Notes: generated by a model from the letters alone, not told the origin. 64,000 nucleotides of DNA from Leucoraja erinacea (GCF_028641065.1 NC_073408.1:9362001-9426000); one strand, 5' to 3'. Shown: positions 39,478 through 53,344, counted from the first letter of the stretch. A program made the numbers and translations.

Positions 39478-39795
39478 ATTGATTGAATTGATTGAAAGAT
39501 ACAGCATGGAAACAGGCCCTTCAGTCCACGCCAACTATCAATCACCTGGTAACACCCATTCTGTGTTATCCCGCTTTCGTATGCATTCCCCTTTGCACAA
39601 GGGGCAATTAACAGAGGCCAATTAGCCTACAAACCCATACGTCATTGGGATGTGGGAGGAAACCATAGCACCCAAAGGAAACTCTCCCGGTCACAGGGGG
39701 AAAGTGCAAAAGAACAGCACTCGAGGTCAGGATCAAACCCAGGCCTCTGGCGCTGTGGGGCAGCAGCTCTACCAGCTGTGTTACTGTGCCGCCCT
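39478..39795 (-). mobile_element. HE1/V-SINE-like SINE
   Basis: Reverse-complement head, core and tail. Confidence 0.78.
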
Positions 39796-40604
39796 GACAC
39801 CAGCAAAACAATAAGCAGCTGGAGAGGCTTTGGCATGAGGTGATATGGGTAAATGGTGAACAGGAAGAGATTCCCTCAACTAGAAAGGTAAAGTGTGAGA
39901 TTTATTTTCCATTAGTTGGCAACACAGCACAAGGACTTGCCCAAAGACTTATTATTATTTTCTCATTACGGTTTTGTTCTAACGCTGACTACTCGATTCT
40001 TCCTTCTCTGCACTTTTCAGGTTATCAACAATTAGATATGGGCATTTTTGATAATTAGTTTCACCATTAAAAAGAACGTGCTTCCTGCTGGTTTATCTTA
40101 ACTCTTCCTTATTTATTTCTGTTAATTGATAATTGTTCTTTTATTTTATTTCCTGTTGCACCGGAAGATGGCTTCAGATGGTGTCGAGATATTCCTTTCT
40201 CCATTATTGCTCTCCTACTTCTGGTGGTCCTTACCAGTAGTCTTCCTTTGCCGGCCCCCTGACCTTCCCTGTCTCCGTCAGTTCCTCCTCTCCATTACTC
40301 CACTTCCATTGTGAGTGCCCGTTTTCCTGTCACGGATACCTCACTTACGCTGTCATCAAATTTCCTCCTGAGCGCTGATTAATATTGTTCATGCTCAACA
40401 GATCATTGATATCAGTTCATTGTCTGAACATAGTCACATTCTAATTATAGCATTTATTTTGAGTAGCTTCAGTGCAGGAAGCAGAAATTAGAAGGTCAAA
40501 ATGTATGATGTGAACATCACTGGCAAGACCAACATTTATTGGCTGATTCTAACTCTGCTTGTGAACGGGGTGTTGAGCTGGCTGCTACTGTTGTATGATC
40601 ATAA

Positions 40605-41565
40605 GGCCAAAAGTGGTAGGAGCAGAATTAGGCCATTTAACCCATCACGTCTACTCCGCCATTCAATCATGGCTGATCTATCTCTCCCTCCCCATTCTCC
40701 TGCCTCCCCATAACCCTAACACCTGTACTAGTCAAGAATCTATCTGTCATTGCCTTAAAAAAATATATTTGACGTGGCCTCCACAACCTTCTGTGGCAGA
40801 GAATTCCACAGATTCACCATCCTCTGATGAAAGAAATTCCTCCTCATCTCCTTTCTAAAAGAATGTACTTTAATTCTGAGGCCATAACCTCTAGTCCTAG
40901 ACTCTTCCACTAGAAACATAGAAACATAGAAATTAGGTGCAGGAGTAGGCCATTCGGCCCTTCGAGCCTGCACCGCCATTCAATATGATCATGGCTGATC
41001 ATCCAACTCAGTATCCCGTACCTGCCTTCTCTCCATACCCCCTGATCCCCTTAGCCACAAGGGCCACATCTAACTCCCTCTTAAATATAGCCAATGAACT
41101 GGCCTCAACTACCCTCTGTGGCAGAGAGTTCCAGAGATTCACCACTCTCTGTGTGAAAAAAGTTTTTCTCCTCGGTTTTAAAGGATTTCCCCCTTATCCT
41201 TAAGCTGTGACCCCTTGTCCTGGACTTCCCTAACATCGGGAACAATCTTCCTGCATCTAGCCTGTCCAACCCCTTAAGAATTTTGTAAGTTTCTATAAGA
41301 TCCCCTCTCAATCTCCTAAATTCTAGAGAGTATAAACCAAGTCTATCCAGTCTTTCTTCATAAGACAGTCCTGACATCCCAGGAATCAATCTGGTGAACC
41401 GTCTCTGCACTCCCTCTATGGCAATAATGTCCTTCCTCAGATTTGGAGACCAAAACTGTACGCAATACTCCAGGTGTGGTCTCACCAAGACCCTGTACAA
41501 CTGCAGTAGAACCTCCCTGCTCCTATACTCAAATCCTTTTGCAATGAAAGCTAACATACCATTCG
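40605..41565 (-). mobile_element. Nested CR1 LINE 3' fragments
   Basis: LVRPHLEYCVQFWSP...RRLRGDLIETYKI; tails at 40912-40930 and about 40610. Confidence 0.92.
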
Positions 41566-42430
41566 CTAGGGGTTGGACACTAGTGGAAACACCCTCTCCA
41601 CATCCAATCTATCCAAGTCTTTCACCTTTCTGCACATTTAAATGAGGTGCCCCCTCATTATAGTTCATCTTGGGAGTGAATTCCCAAAGTGAGTTGGGAA
41701 AGGGGTTCCAAGATTTTGATCCAGCAGTGGGGATGATATATAATATCTCCGAGTCAGGATGGTGTGCAGTGGAGAGGAACTGCGATGCTTGCATTCCCAT
41801 ACCCCTGCAACCATTGCCCTTTTAGATGGTAGAGTTCACAAGTTTAGGAGCTGTTGTAGAGGATTCTTGGTAGGTTGTTGGGGTGCATATTGTGGATGGC
41901 ACACATTGTAGCCATGGTAGGCTAGTGATGAAATGCTGCTATACCTGGGCTGGTGCTAATCAAGTGGCTGCTTAGCCCTGGATGGTGTTGAGTTTATTGA
42001 GTGCTGCACTCATCCAGGGAGTTGGGGGATAGTCTATCACACGTCTGATTTTCACCTTATTGACTGTGGAAAGGCTCGGAGGTGAGCCACTCGCTTCAGG
42101 TACATAAGTTCATAAGTTATAGGGGCAGAATTAGGCCACTCCGCCCAGCAAGTCCACAAGATCATTCAATCATGGTTGATACATCCTTCCCTCTCAACCC
42201 CATTCTCCTGCCTTCTCCCCATAACCCCTGACACCCATGCTAATCAAGAATCTGTTGATCTATTAACATCTATAGAACAATATTAAACAAAATAAAACAA
42301 TTCTGCAACTCCAATGAGGTAGCGATCCCTGCAGCAAAGTATAGCTTTAAATAATATATCATTTTGAAGCATGGTTGAAAAAAACCCATTGAACAATCCA
42401 CTGCAATGTTGTCCCTGTGAGATTACTTAA

Positions 42431-42758
42431 AGCCCTGTCCCGTGGTACGAGTTCATTCCAAGAGTTCTCCCGAGTTTGCCCTGATTCGAACTCGGAGATT
42501 TACGGTAACGGCCACTCGTCGGTACTCAGGGCTCTCGTGGACATTTTTCAACATGTTGAAAAATCTTCACGAGTCTTCCCGTGCTTACCTGCCGTTAGCG
42601 AGTCTTCCCGAATACCTGCCGTTAGCGTTACGAACCGCTAAGAGACGTCCCCGAGCTCCGACGTAGCTGCTACGTTCATTCTCCGTGCTTACCCCGAGTT
42701 TGATTTTTTTTTTAACTCGGGAGAGCTCCTGGAATGAACTCGTACTGTGGGACAGGGT
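42431..42758. mobile_element. PIF/Harbinger-like MITE
   Basis: TIRs of about 46 bp (agccctgtcccgtggtacgagttcattccaagagttctcccgagtt and its reverse complement), TAA on both flanks, no coding capacity. Confidence 0.8.
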
Positions 42759-43139
42759 TAATGTAGACTCCACAGTGTGAGTCCATTCATCTTACAACAT
42801 GCCCTCACAATCAAGTAGGAAAGGAGACTTTATTGATTCATGGAATAGGAATTTAGAATTGGGCCCATTATGCTCGTGATACATTGGTAAGATCTACCCA
42901 TTCCTTTAACTTGCCTATTTCCAGAACCTTATAAAGTTTTTTTTTTAAAAATATTGTATAAACCCATTCCTTTTTCAAAGGTATTATTGAATCTTAATCT
43001 CCCTTTCAAGCAGTGTGTTCTAGATTATAACAGCCAGGTCTGTAAAAGTATCACTTCTTCTGGTTACCTTGAAAAGTACTTTAAATTTGTATCTTTTGGT
43101 TACTGACTATTCTCTCTATTAAACCCCCCTCACAATTTA

Positions 43140-43712
43140 GACATTAGACAATAGACAATAGGTGCAGGAGTAGGCCATTCGGCCCTTCAAGCCAGCACCG
43201 CCATTCAATGTGATCATGGCTGATCATCCCTAATCAGTACCCCGTTCCTGCCTTCTCCTCATATCCCCTGACTGCGCTATCTTTAAGAGCCCTATCTATC
43301 TCTCTCTTGAAAGCATCCAGAGAACTGGCCTCCAACGCCCTCTGAGGCAGAGAATTCCACAGACTCACCACTCTCTGTGAGAAAATGTGTTTCATCGTCT
43401 CCGTTTTAAATGGCTTACTCCTTATTCTTAAACTGTGGCCCCTGGTTCTGGACTCCCCCAACATTGAGAACAGGTTTCCTGCCTCTAGCATATCCAAACT
43501 CTTAACAATCTTACATGTTTCAATAAGATCCCCCTCATCCTTCTAAATTCCAGAGTGTACAAGCCCAGCCGCTCCATTCTCTCAGCATATGACAGTTCCG
43601 CCATCCCGGGAATTAACCTGGTGAACCGACGTTGCACTCCCTCAATAGCAAGAATGTCCTTCCTCAAATTAGGAGACCAAAACTGCACACAATCCTCCAG
43701 GTGTGGTCCCCT
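43140..43712 (-). mobile_element. CR1 LINE 3' fragment
   Basis: PHLEDCVQFWSPNLRKD...RVVSLWNSLPQ and an (ATTGTCT)n tail. Confidence 0.9.
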
Positions 43713-44799
43713 AATCACCTCTGTTCTCCGAATGTGTGCTCAGATTGCTCATATTCTACGAGTAGCATTAATTCGGGTTGGTACAAATAATCAAAGGTGA
43801 AGATAGACAAAAAAAACTGGAGTAAATCAGCGGGACGGGCGGCAACTCTGGAGAGAATTAATGCATGACTTTTCGGGTCAAGACCCTTCTTCAGACTAAT
43901 CAAAGGTGCAGTTCTGCTATTCATTATTTTTCCACCAGAGGTCACCAGTTTCCTATACATGAGGTTGTCTCACAGAACCATGTCATGTTAACCCAGCAGT
44001 TCATCTTCCACACGAAACGTCACTTATTCCATTTCTACAGAGATGCTGCCTAACCCGTTGAGGTACTCCAGCTTTTTATGTCTATCTTTGGTGTAAACCA
44101 CTACCTGCAGCTCCTTCTTACACATAGTGACTGATATAATACATACACAGACGTACATACTTCTAAAAAGACTTTCAAAGCAGAAACACCTAGGCAAACA
44201 TGTGGATGCTCTTTCACATGAACTAAAAATCAACATCGCCCCCCCCCCCCCCCCCCCCCCCCCAACAACTCCATTCACACATTTTCTTATTCAGCAGCAT
44301 CAGATTCCACTCTAAGTAATTTATCTGTAAGCTGGCGAGATACAACACAGCCTCTTGCCTGCCTCACCCTGTTGCTTTGATCTGAACAGGATAAAAAACT
44401 TGCTGTGCCAGTCTGAAGAAGGGTCTTGACCGGAAACGCCACCCATTCCTTCTCTCCAGAGATGCTGCCTGCCCCGCTGAGTTGCTCCAGCTTTTTGCGC
44501 CTGTCTTTTGCTGTACTTGGAGTTTGGGGGATTTACTGAGAGGGTCTCAAGGAGAATGTCACTCTTCGAAACGTATCGCTGTTCTTTGACATTCGCTCCC
44601 TACCCAACCACACAGTGGGCGTACCGTCATCAGCAGCATGGGAGGACAGTTCATCACATTTGCAAGTAGGGAAAGAGAATAACAATGTGATTTGAGTATT
44701 GCCATTGTTCAATTAATGGTTGTGTTTAAAACAAATCTCACTTGGAGTTAACTACCTACAGTAAAGTTGTGGAAGTTGCATATGTTTTACAAAGGAATG

Positions 44800-45180
44800 A
44801 AGGAGGCTGCTGGAAGTGGTAGACATTGTCCAGACCATCATCGCTACTAACCTTCCCTGCATAGAAGTGATCTGCAGCTAAGATCATCTAGGACCCACGC
44901 CACCCAGGCTACCTTTGGGAAGAAGGTTCAGGAGCTTGAAAACCGTGATCTACAGGGTCAAAAACAGCTTCTTTCCAGCAACCATGAGGGTCTTGAACAC
45001 TGCACAACACTAACCACAACCTCGGCAACTATGAACTACTATGGACTTTGTTTTGATTGCCTGACAGACTGGTTTTGTACGATTATGGTCGGGTTACCTA
45101 GGATTACTGATTATTAATTGATTGCACTATTGATTATTGTATATTTATTTGTGGTTATTATTAATAGGCTGTAGCAAATA
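44800..45180 (+). mobile_element. Rex1/Babar-like LINE 3' fragment (related copies at 16820-17190 and 21960-22670)
   Basis: Degenerate ...acagcttctttccagcaaccat 3' ORF end followed by an AT-rich tail. Confidence 0.55.
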
Positions 45181-45184
45181 AGAC

Positions 45185-45575
45185 CATAATACATAGGAGC
45201 AGAAAGGCCATTCAACCCATCGAATCTACTTGTCCATTTGATTATGGCTGATATCTTTTTAACCCAATTCACCCGCTTTCTCCATGTAAACCTTTGTTGC
45301 CCTTACTAATCAATAACTTATCAAAATCCACTTTAAAAATACCCAATGTCTTAGCTTCCACAGCCATTTGTGGAAATGAATTCCACCCACTAGTTAAATA
45401 AATTCCTCCTCATCTCCATTCTAAAGGCACCTCCTTTTATTCCAAGGCTGAATCCTCTAGTTCTAGACACTCCCATTACAGGAAACATCCTTTTCACATC
45501 CACTCTATCTAGGCCTCTCATGATCCGGTAGGTTTCAATGAGATTCCCTCTCATCCATCTAAACTCCAGCGAGTA
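45185..45575 (-). mobile_element. CR1 LINE 3' fragment
   Basis: YSLEFRWMRGNLIETYRIMRGLDRVD. Confidence 0.82.
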
Positions 45576-47329
45576 CACAGGGCATTCTCGATTCTTGACT
45601 CTCTTGAATGTATTTCCTTCCCTCCTACACTTCGGAGGTTTGTCTATAATCCCGGCACACAAACTCTAGCGACCACTCCAATGGGGTGAGGAAGCTGGGG
45701 AGCTGGGAGCTGATCCAAATGCACAACTTTGTGACAAGGGATAGCTCGGGTCTGTTTAAACCTACAAACAGAAACACCATTTCTAAGGTACACAAAAATG
45801 CTGGAGAAACTCAGCGGGTGCAGCAGCATCTATGGAGCGAAGGAAATAGGCGATGTTTCGGGCCAAAACCCTTCTGAAGAACCCATTCATCTTACAACAT
45901 GAATCACAATCAATTAGGAAAGGAGACTTTATTGATTCATGGAATAGGAATTTAGAATTGGGCTCATTATGCTCGTGATACATTGGTAAGATCTACCCAT
46001 TCCTATAACTTGCCTTTTTCCAGAACCTTATAAAGTTTTTTTTTTAAATATCGTATAAACCCACTCCTTTTTCAAAGGTATTATTGAATCTTAATCTCCC
46101 TTTCAAGCAGTGTGTTCTAGATTATAACAGCCAGGTCTGTTCCTTCGCTCCATAGATGATGCTGCACCCGCTGAGTTTCTCCAGCATTTTTGTGTACCTT
46201 CGATTTTCCAGCATCTGCAGTTCCTTCTTAAACACCATTTCTAATATCTCTTTCAAAGTCAAGTCGGAATTGCATTGCCTATCCAGGTTGGTGTTTTGTA
46301 CACAGGATGTATGAACTTGATGCCACCTGTACTATATTGACTAGATATATTGACTTGAAAACATCGTGAATGCATAGACATGACAATGATATGTATATAA
46401 TGAAAGACATGTACTGTTTTGGTATTGTGCATTTTCCATGGATAAAGTTTATTTATGGAAAATAATCTTGAAATGATGAACTGGATGCAATTAAATCACT
46501 TGCAGTGTCAATTTAGAGGGAAAGTCAAGTCAACAATACTCTTGTAGGATTTAAGAAATGCATAGACCAGAACAGGTAAGGAGGGTTTCTGCAGAATTCT
46601 TGTTAATAACTGGTTTTATATCACAAAAAGACCTTTAAAGTCACTCTTACATTTGCAGGTTTTGTTTTATTTGCCTATTTCATTTCTCGAAATGCGGTGG
46701 TTGCATTTGAACAGGTACATGGATAGGAAAGGTTTAGAGGCCAACACTGGCAAGTGGGACTAGCGTAGATGGGGCATCTTGGTGGGCATGGGCAAGTTGG
46801 GCCGAAGGGCCTGTTTGTGTGCTGTATGTCTTTACAACTCACATTCTCTATGGATTGTAAATACAAAGCTCCACATTATTAGGTAGAAACATAGAAAATA
46901 GTTGCAGTAGTAGGCCATTCAGCGCTTCGAGCCAGCACCGCCATTCAACATGATCATGGCTGATCATCCAAAATCAGTATCCCATTCCTGCCTTTTCCCC
47001 ATATCCCTTGATTCATTTAGCCCTGAGAGCTAAATCGAAATCTCTCTTTAAAATATCCAATGAATTGACCTCCACTGCCTTCTGTGGCAGAGAATTCCAC
47101 AGATTTACAACTCTTGGTAATTAAGATCATTTGAAGTGACTTGGCTTTGTACAAAGTGGCCGTTTAGTCTTATTCTGCCCCCAATCCCAAAATGTGGGAC
47201 TCTTCTCTCTGCAGATGGCTCCTGACCCGACACATGCTCTGCCCATTCCCCTCCACAGATACCGCCCGACCCGACCCGCTGAGTTCCTCCAGCGCCTTGC
47301 TGTATTCCTTTCCCTCCACATTATTAGTG

Positions 47330-48420
47330 CAGCAACACGATCACTTTGCCACCACATCCGTGTTCTGGAGGCGATCTTGCTCACTGCACACAGCAAGCAG
47401 CCGCTTGCAGAGGATGTACCCGGTGAGGAGTGACAATATATAGTCAAATAGCCAGCGCTGAAGCTGCAGCCTGGAGTTGCGGACTGTAAACTCAGCGAGA
47501 GTCGACGCCTTCCTTCCCAGAGGAACAATAGGAAACGGTGCACCTGTAAAGAGGCAAGAGAGGAAGGCAGTATTCTGTGATTCTCCCCCCATTGAAGACA
47601 CAAGCCGCAGCCTGTTCACTTGTCCGCTTGCCTCAAAACTCTGGGACGGTAACAATACATAGAATAAGGGTTGATAACCAAACCCTCTCCATCTCAAAAC
47701 CCCCCACGCGACTGCAACAGGAATAGGAGACAGATCAGACCTGCATGTGCGCGATGGCATCTTCGTGTTTCATCTCTGCATTGTCGCCGAATAGAAAGGT
47801 GCAGTAAATGTTTTTTTTTCAAATTTAATTAATGTACCTACGAAGAAAATATTGCATATTTACACATTGCACGTCCCCGTAAAACATGCAATATATTCTG
47901 AAATGAATATTAAATTCGAATATGTCCATCCGAATTAGGTTTGGTTTATATTTGGGACAGTGTATTGAGGACACGCATGCACATTGAAATTGAGATAGTG
48001 TACAATAAAAATATAAATATTATAGGTTGTGTCAAGAGAGTCCAGAGTGTTTTATTGCCATATGTCCCAGATGGAACAATGAGATTCTTTTTCGTTGGAG
48101 CAACACAGCTGAATATGTAAACACACGTTAAATTGTTCCATATCTCAGGTGTTATATCGCGAAAGTAATTGTATCCGTGTCTTAATTTTGCTGAATCCTG
48201 GTTTAATTCAGCTGGTCCCCGCGGGGCATTACAGGTTGGAGGCAGGTACCAGCCTGTGACCGGTAGTAACCGCGGAGTATTTTGACCGGGAGTAACCCCT
48301 GCGCTGCAGCGGTTACCAAAACTGCGCTAGTGGGCGCAACAGACGCTGAGAGCTCAGTCTCAAAGCCAAACACACGACCATATCTCCTGAAAACGTCTGC
48401 ACAAACTAAGTGGCATCTCC
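47330..48420. promoter_or_regulatory. Non-repetitive CpG-enriched region (two CpG clusters around an AT-rich spacer); possible promoter or exon
   Basis: CpGs are visibly dense at 47330-47790 and 48150-48400 against a CpG-poor background. Strong minus-strand acceptor ccttcctctcttgcctctttacag at about 47544. Confidence 0.35.
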
Positions 48421-48424
48421 AAGT

Positions 48425-48632
48425 AGGTAGACAAAAATGCTGGAGAATCTCAGCGGGTGGAGGCAGCATCTATGGAGCGAAGGACATAGGCAACGACAGA
48501 CTCTGAAGAAGGGTCTCGACCCGAAACGTTGCCTATTTCCTTCGCTCCATGGATGCTGCCTCATCCCGCTGAGCTTCTCCAGCATTTTTGTCTACCTTCG
48601 ATTTTCCAGCATCTGCAGTTCCTTCTTAAACA
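48425..48632. mobile_element. Penelope-like inverted-pair insertion with hammerhead-type core; representative of dozens of dispersed copies
   Basis: Head-to-head copies of the gatgctgcc..ccgctgag..ctccagcattttt repeat, core CTGAAGA-aGGGTCtcGACCC-GAAAC at 48503-48527, and duplicated flanks (agtggc[a/g]tctcca). Similar copies at 3681, 7853, 44413, 49245-49620 and 62580-62830. Confidence 0.7.
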
Positions 48633-49649
48633 TAGTGGCGTCTCCAGCTGCCTTTGACCAAATCTCCGAGTATTTTTTAATCTTATATAATTGCTCTGCG
48701 TGCAATGCTTCCACCACTCCACTTGGCTGCAATAATCTAGAGCCTTTTTAGCATGCACGCAAGATAATAGTTAGGAGAGTCAAGTGTGTTTAAGTCTGAT
48801 CACCTCCCCCACAGCCGACAATGGACCATTGTGGGCTCTTTGGCCATCGGTGCCAGCTCTGAATTGTTCTGCACCTTTTCATACCTCTAGATTCCCTCTT
48901 CCCTGATTCTCGGTTGTAAGAAGGGTCTGCACACGAAACGTCTCCCATTCCTTCTCTCCAGAGATGCTGCCTGTCCCGCTGAGTTACTCCAGCATTTTGT
49001 GTCTATTTTCGGTGTAAACGAGCATCTGCAGTTCCTTCCTACACAAGAATGCTTTATTGTCAGATGCCCCAAAATGGAACCATGAAATTGTTATTTACAG
49101 CAGTGTAACATATATGTAAACATAATACTCAGTAGACACCCTAATACACGTCAAAGAGAAGTTCAACATATAAAAACAAACAATATACAAGCAAAGACAA
49201 AAACAAAGCTCCACATCCCTAGTGCAATCAAGGCAGTTCACATATAGGAAGGAACTGCAGATGCTGGTTTACACCAATAGATAGACACAAATTGCTGGAG
49301 TAACTCAGCGGGTCAGGCAGCATCTCTGGAGAAAAGGAATAGGTGACGTTTTGGGTCGAGACCCTTCTTCAGACTGAGAGTCAGGGAAGAGGGAAACTAG
49401 AGGTATGAAGAGGTACAGAACAAACCAGAGTCAAAGAGCCCACAATGGTCCATTGTTGGCCGTGGAGGTGGTGTTAACGAGGGATTATGAACAGTGAAAC
49501 TAGCAGAACGACTAGGGTGTGTGTGTGTGTGTAGGTGGGGGGGGGGGGGGGGAGAATGAGGGAATGCGAGGGTTACTTCAAATTAGAGAAATCAATATTC
49601 ATACCACTGGATTGCGTGCTGCATATGCATAGTTCGTAGGTTGGAGTTT

Positions 49650-51210
49650 AGAACCATAGAACCATAGAACATAGGTGCAGGAGTAGGCCACGGCCCTTCG
49701 AGCCAGCAACACCAATCAATTTGATCATGGCTGATCATCCAGAATCAGTACCCCGTTCCTGCTTTCTCCCCATATCCCTTGATTCTGTTAGCACAAAGAG
49801 CCACATCCATCTCTCTCTTCCATACATCCAGTGAATTAACCTCCACTGCCTTCTGTGGCATTTCACAGATTCACAATGCTCTGGGTGAAAAGGTTTTCCC
49901 TCATCTCAGTCCTAAATGGCCTACCTCTTATTCTTAAACTGTCACCCCTGGTTCTGGCCTCCCCCAACATCGAGAACATTTTTCCTGCATCTTGCCTGTC
50001 CAATCCCTTAATAATTTAATGTTTCTATAAGATCCCCTCACATCCTTCTAAATTCCAAGTGAATCTAAACCCAGTTGATCATTCTTTCATAGTATGTCAG
50101 TCCCACCATCCCGGGATTTAACCTGGTGAACCTACGCTGAACTCCCTCAATAGCAAGAATGTCCTTCCTCAAACTAGGAGACCAAAGCTACACACATGAC
50201 TCCAGCTGCATTCTCACCAGGGCCCTGTACAACTGCAGTAGGACCTCCTTGCTCCTACACTCAAATCCTCTTGCCATGAAGGCCAAGGACACCCAGGTCT
50301 CGTTGCACCTCCCCTTTTCCTAATCTGACACCATTCAGATAATAATCTGTCTTCTTATTCTTGCCAACAAAGTGGACAACCTCACATTTATCAACATTAT
50401 ACTACATCTGTCATGCATCTGTCCACTAACCCAACATATTCAAGTCACCCTGCAGCCTCCTCGCAGCTCACACTGCTAGCCAGCTCTATGTCACCTGGAA
50501 ACTTGGAGATTTACGTTTAATTCCTTTATCTAAATCGTTAATATATATTGTAAATAACTGGGGACCCAGCACTGAGCCTTGTGGCACCTCACTATTCTGA
50601 AAAAGGAATTTGCTTCCTGTCTGCCAACCAGTTCTCTGTCCAAGTCAATGCCGTACCCCAAATACCATGTGCTCCAATTTTGCACACTAATCTCTTGTGT
50701 GGGACCTTGTCAAAGGCTTTTTGAAAGTGCAGATACACCACATTCGCTGGCTCTCCCTTATCCATTCCACTTGTTACATCCTCAAAAAAATCCAGAAGAT
50801 TAGTCAAGCATGAGTTCCCCTTCATAAATCCATGCTGAGTTTGACCGATCCTGTCACTGCTTTCCAAATGCGCTGCTATTACATGTTTAATGATCGACTC
50901 AAGCATCTTCCCCTAACTGGTCTATAATTCCCTGTTTTCTCTCTCCCTGCTTAAAAAGTGCAGTAAAATTAGCTACCCTCCAGTCCACAGGAACTGATCC
51001 AGAGTCTATAGAACATTGGAAAATTATCACCAATGCATCCACGATTTCTGGGGCCACTTCCTTGAGTACTTTGGGATGCAGACCATCAGGTCCTGGGGAT
51101 TTATTGTATCTGCCTTCAGTCCCAACAGTTTACCCAACATCATTTCCTAACTAATGTGAATTTCCTTCAGTTCCTTCCACACGCTAGATCCACGTTACCC
51201 TAGTATTTCT
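49650..51210 (-). mobile_element. Degenerate CR1 LINE ORF2 fragment with internal deletions
   Basis: QHGFMKGNSCLTNLLDFFEDVT...FQKAFDKVPHKRL; 3' tail at about 49650. Confidence 0.9.
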
Positions 51211-51684
51211 GGGTTTAGTTGGACTTCCTCATGTCCAATAGTCTGATGGGTGTTGGGAAGAACCTGCTCCTGAACTTGTATGTTATGGTTTCAGGCTCCT
51301 ATATCTTCCCGATGGCAGGAGTGAAATGAGTGTGGCCAGGGTAGTGTGGGGCCCTGATGATGCTGGCTGCCTTTTTGAGGTCACACCTCCAATAGATCCC
51401 TTCGATGGTGGGGAGGCCAGTACCTGTGATGGACTGGGCAGTGTTTGCCACTATTCCTCTCCGAACGAGAGCAGAAGGAGGCCACCCTGCCCTTCAAGAG
51501 TGTCCCACCGTGCCTCTGATCATGGCTGATCTGCCCCAGGCCTCAATCTCTCCTCTGTGTCTCTCCCAATTCCCAGGACGTTCAGAAATGTTATCTACCT
51601 TCTGTGATTTCACCTCCAGAACCCTCCAGGATAGAGAATTAAAGATTCACCACCCTATGTGAGAAGAAATGATAATGCCTCCCA

Positions 51685-52830
51685 GTTAGGGGCTCTGGGG
51701 AGGATTGTAGAGCAGAGGGATCTAGGAGTGCAGCTACATAGTTCCTTGAAAGTGGCGTCACAAGTAGATAGGGTGGTCAAGACGGCTTTCAGCACATTGG
51801 CCATCAGTCAGGGTAGTGAGTAGAGAAATGGGGAAGTTTTGTTAAAGTTGACGAGACATTGATGAGACCACATTTGGAGCATTGCGTTCAGTTTTGATCA
51901 CCTTGCTATAGGAAATATGTTGTTAAGGTGGAAAGGGTTCAGAGAAGATTTACGAGGATGTTGCCAAGACTTGAGGGCCAGAGCTATAAGGAATATTTTT
52001 TCACACAGAGAGTGGTGAATCTCTGGAACTCTCTGCCACAGAGGGTAGTTGAGGCCAGTTCATTGGCTATATTTAAGAGGGAGCCAGATGTGGCCCTATC
52101 TACACCTCCCGCTGCCTTAGCAGGGCAAAGAAGATCATCAAAGACAGCTCCCATCCTGCGTTTGGACTGTTCGACCTGCTGCCCTCTGGAAGGCGCTATA
52201 GGTGCATCAAATCCAGGACAAATAGACTCAGAAATAGTTGCTTTCCGAGAATTATAACTACTATTAATTCAAATTCACACATGCACTGACTTCACTGCCC
52301 AACACCCGGACTTCCATCTGTATATATGTATATATGTATGTAGCGCCGCAGAATTGTGTACCTATCCCCCCCCCCCCCCCCCCCCCCCCTTCTCCCTTCT
52401 GTTTTTTGTTTTTCTGTTTCTTGTTTTTTTGTGCTAAATTGTATGTATGCACTGAGTACGAGCAGCTTTCAGTTTCACTGTACATGTATAGTGACAATAA
52501 ATGGCATATCTTATATCTTATCTTGTGGCCAAGGGGATCAGAGGGTATGGAGAGAAGGCAGGTACGGGATACTGAGTTGGATGATCAGCCATGATCATAT
52601 TGAATGGCGGTGCAGGCTCGAAGGGCCGAATGGCCTACTCCTGCACCTAATTTCTATGTTTCTATGTTTCTATGAGATGTTGAGCAGGCTAGGACAGTAT
52701 TCCGTGGAGCGCAGGTGGATGAGGGGGTTAGGAGGAAGAGATTGATCAGCCATGAATGAATGGCAGAGTAGACTTGATGGTCCAAATGACCTAATTCTGC
52801 TCCTATCACTTATGACCTAATGAACTTATA
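51685..52830 (+). mobile_element. Nested CR1 / CR1 / Rex-Babar-like fragments
   Basis: ERVQRRFTRMLP interrupted by a young CR1 3' end, itself split at 'gtggcc' by a Rex-like 3' fragment (about 52097-52523). Confidence 0.8.
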
Positions 52831-53344
52831 AAATATAGTTTGACACTTTTCCCCTTAGCAGAAGAGTCCATGCCCGGTTGTAGGAGATTCTTTTTTTTAA
52901 ATATAGTAAGCACATATCATAATAAAACTGATATACATTTCATGTATATCAGTCGTACATTCATAATATTATCATAATATTGATTCTGCTTCTAGTTTAA
53001 AAAAAATATATAGATAGAGAATAAGAGAGAGGAAAAAAAGGCATGATAAAGAAGAATGGAATAATTTACTAATAATACATCATTAGAGATAGGTTCGTAA
53101 ATTATAAAGTATAACTTTTCATCTAATCCTGAGCTCAGGCTTCAGTTAGGTTCCCATGCTGAACCAATCTACCCCTTCAAATATAGTTGTATGAGATTCT
53201 GAGGAGATTTGACAAATAATTTGTTTCATAAAGTGGATGGTTAAAATCTGGAATTTATTGTCTGAGGAGTTGGTGCAAACAGGTATTCTTGTAATATTTA
53301 ATACGTATTTAGATGAGCCTTTGAAATGCAGTGGCCAAGTGCTG

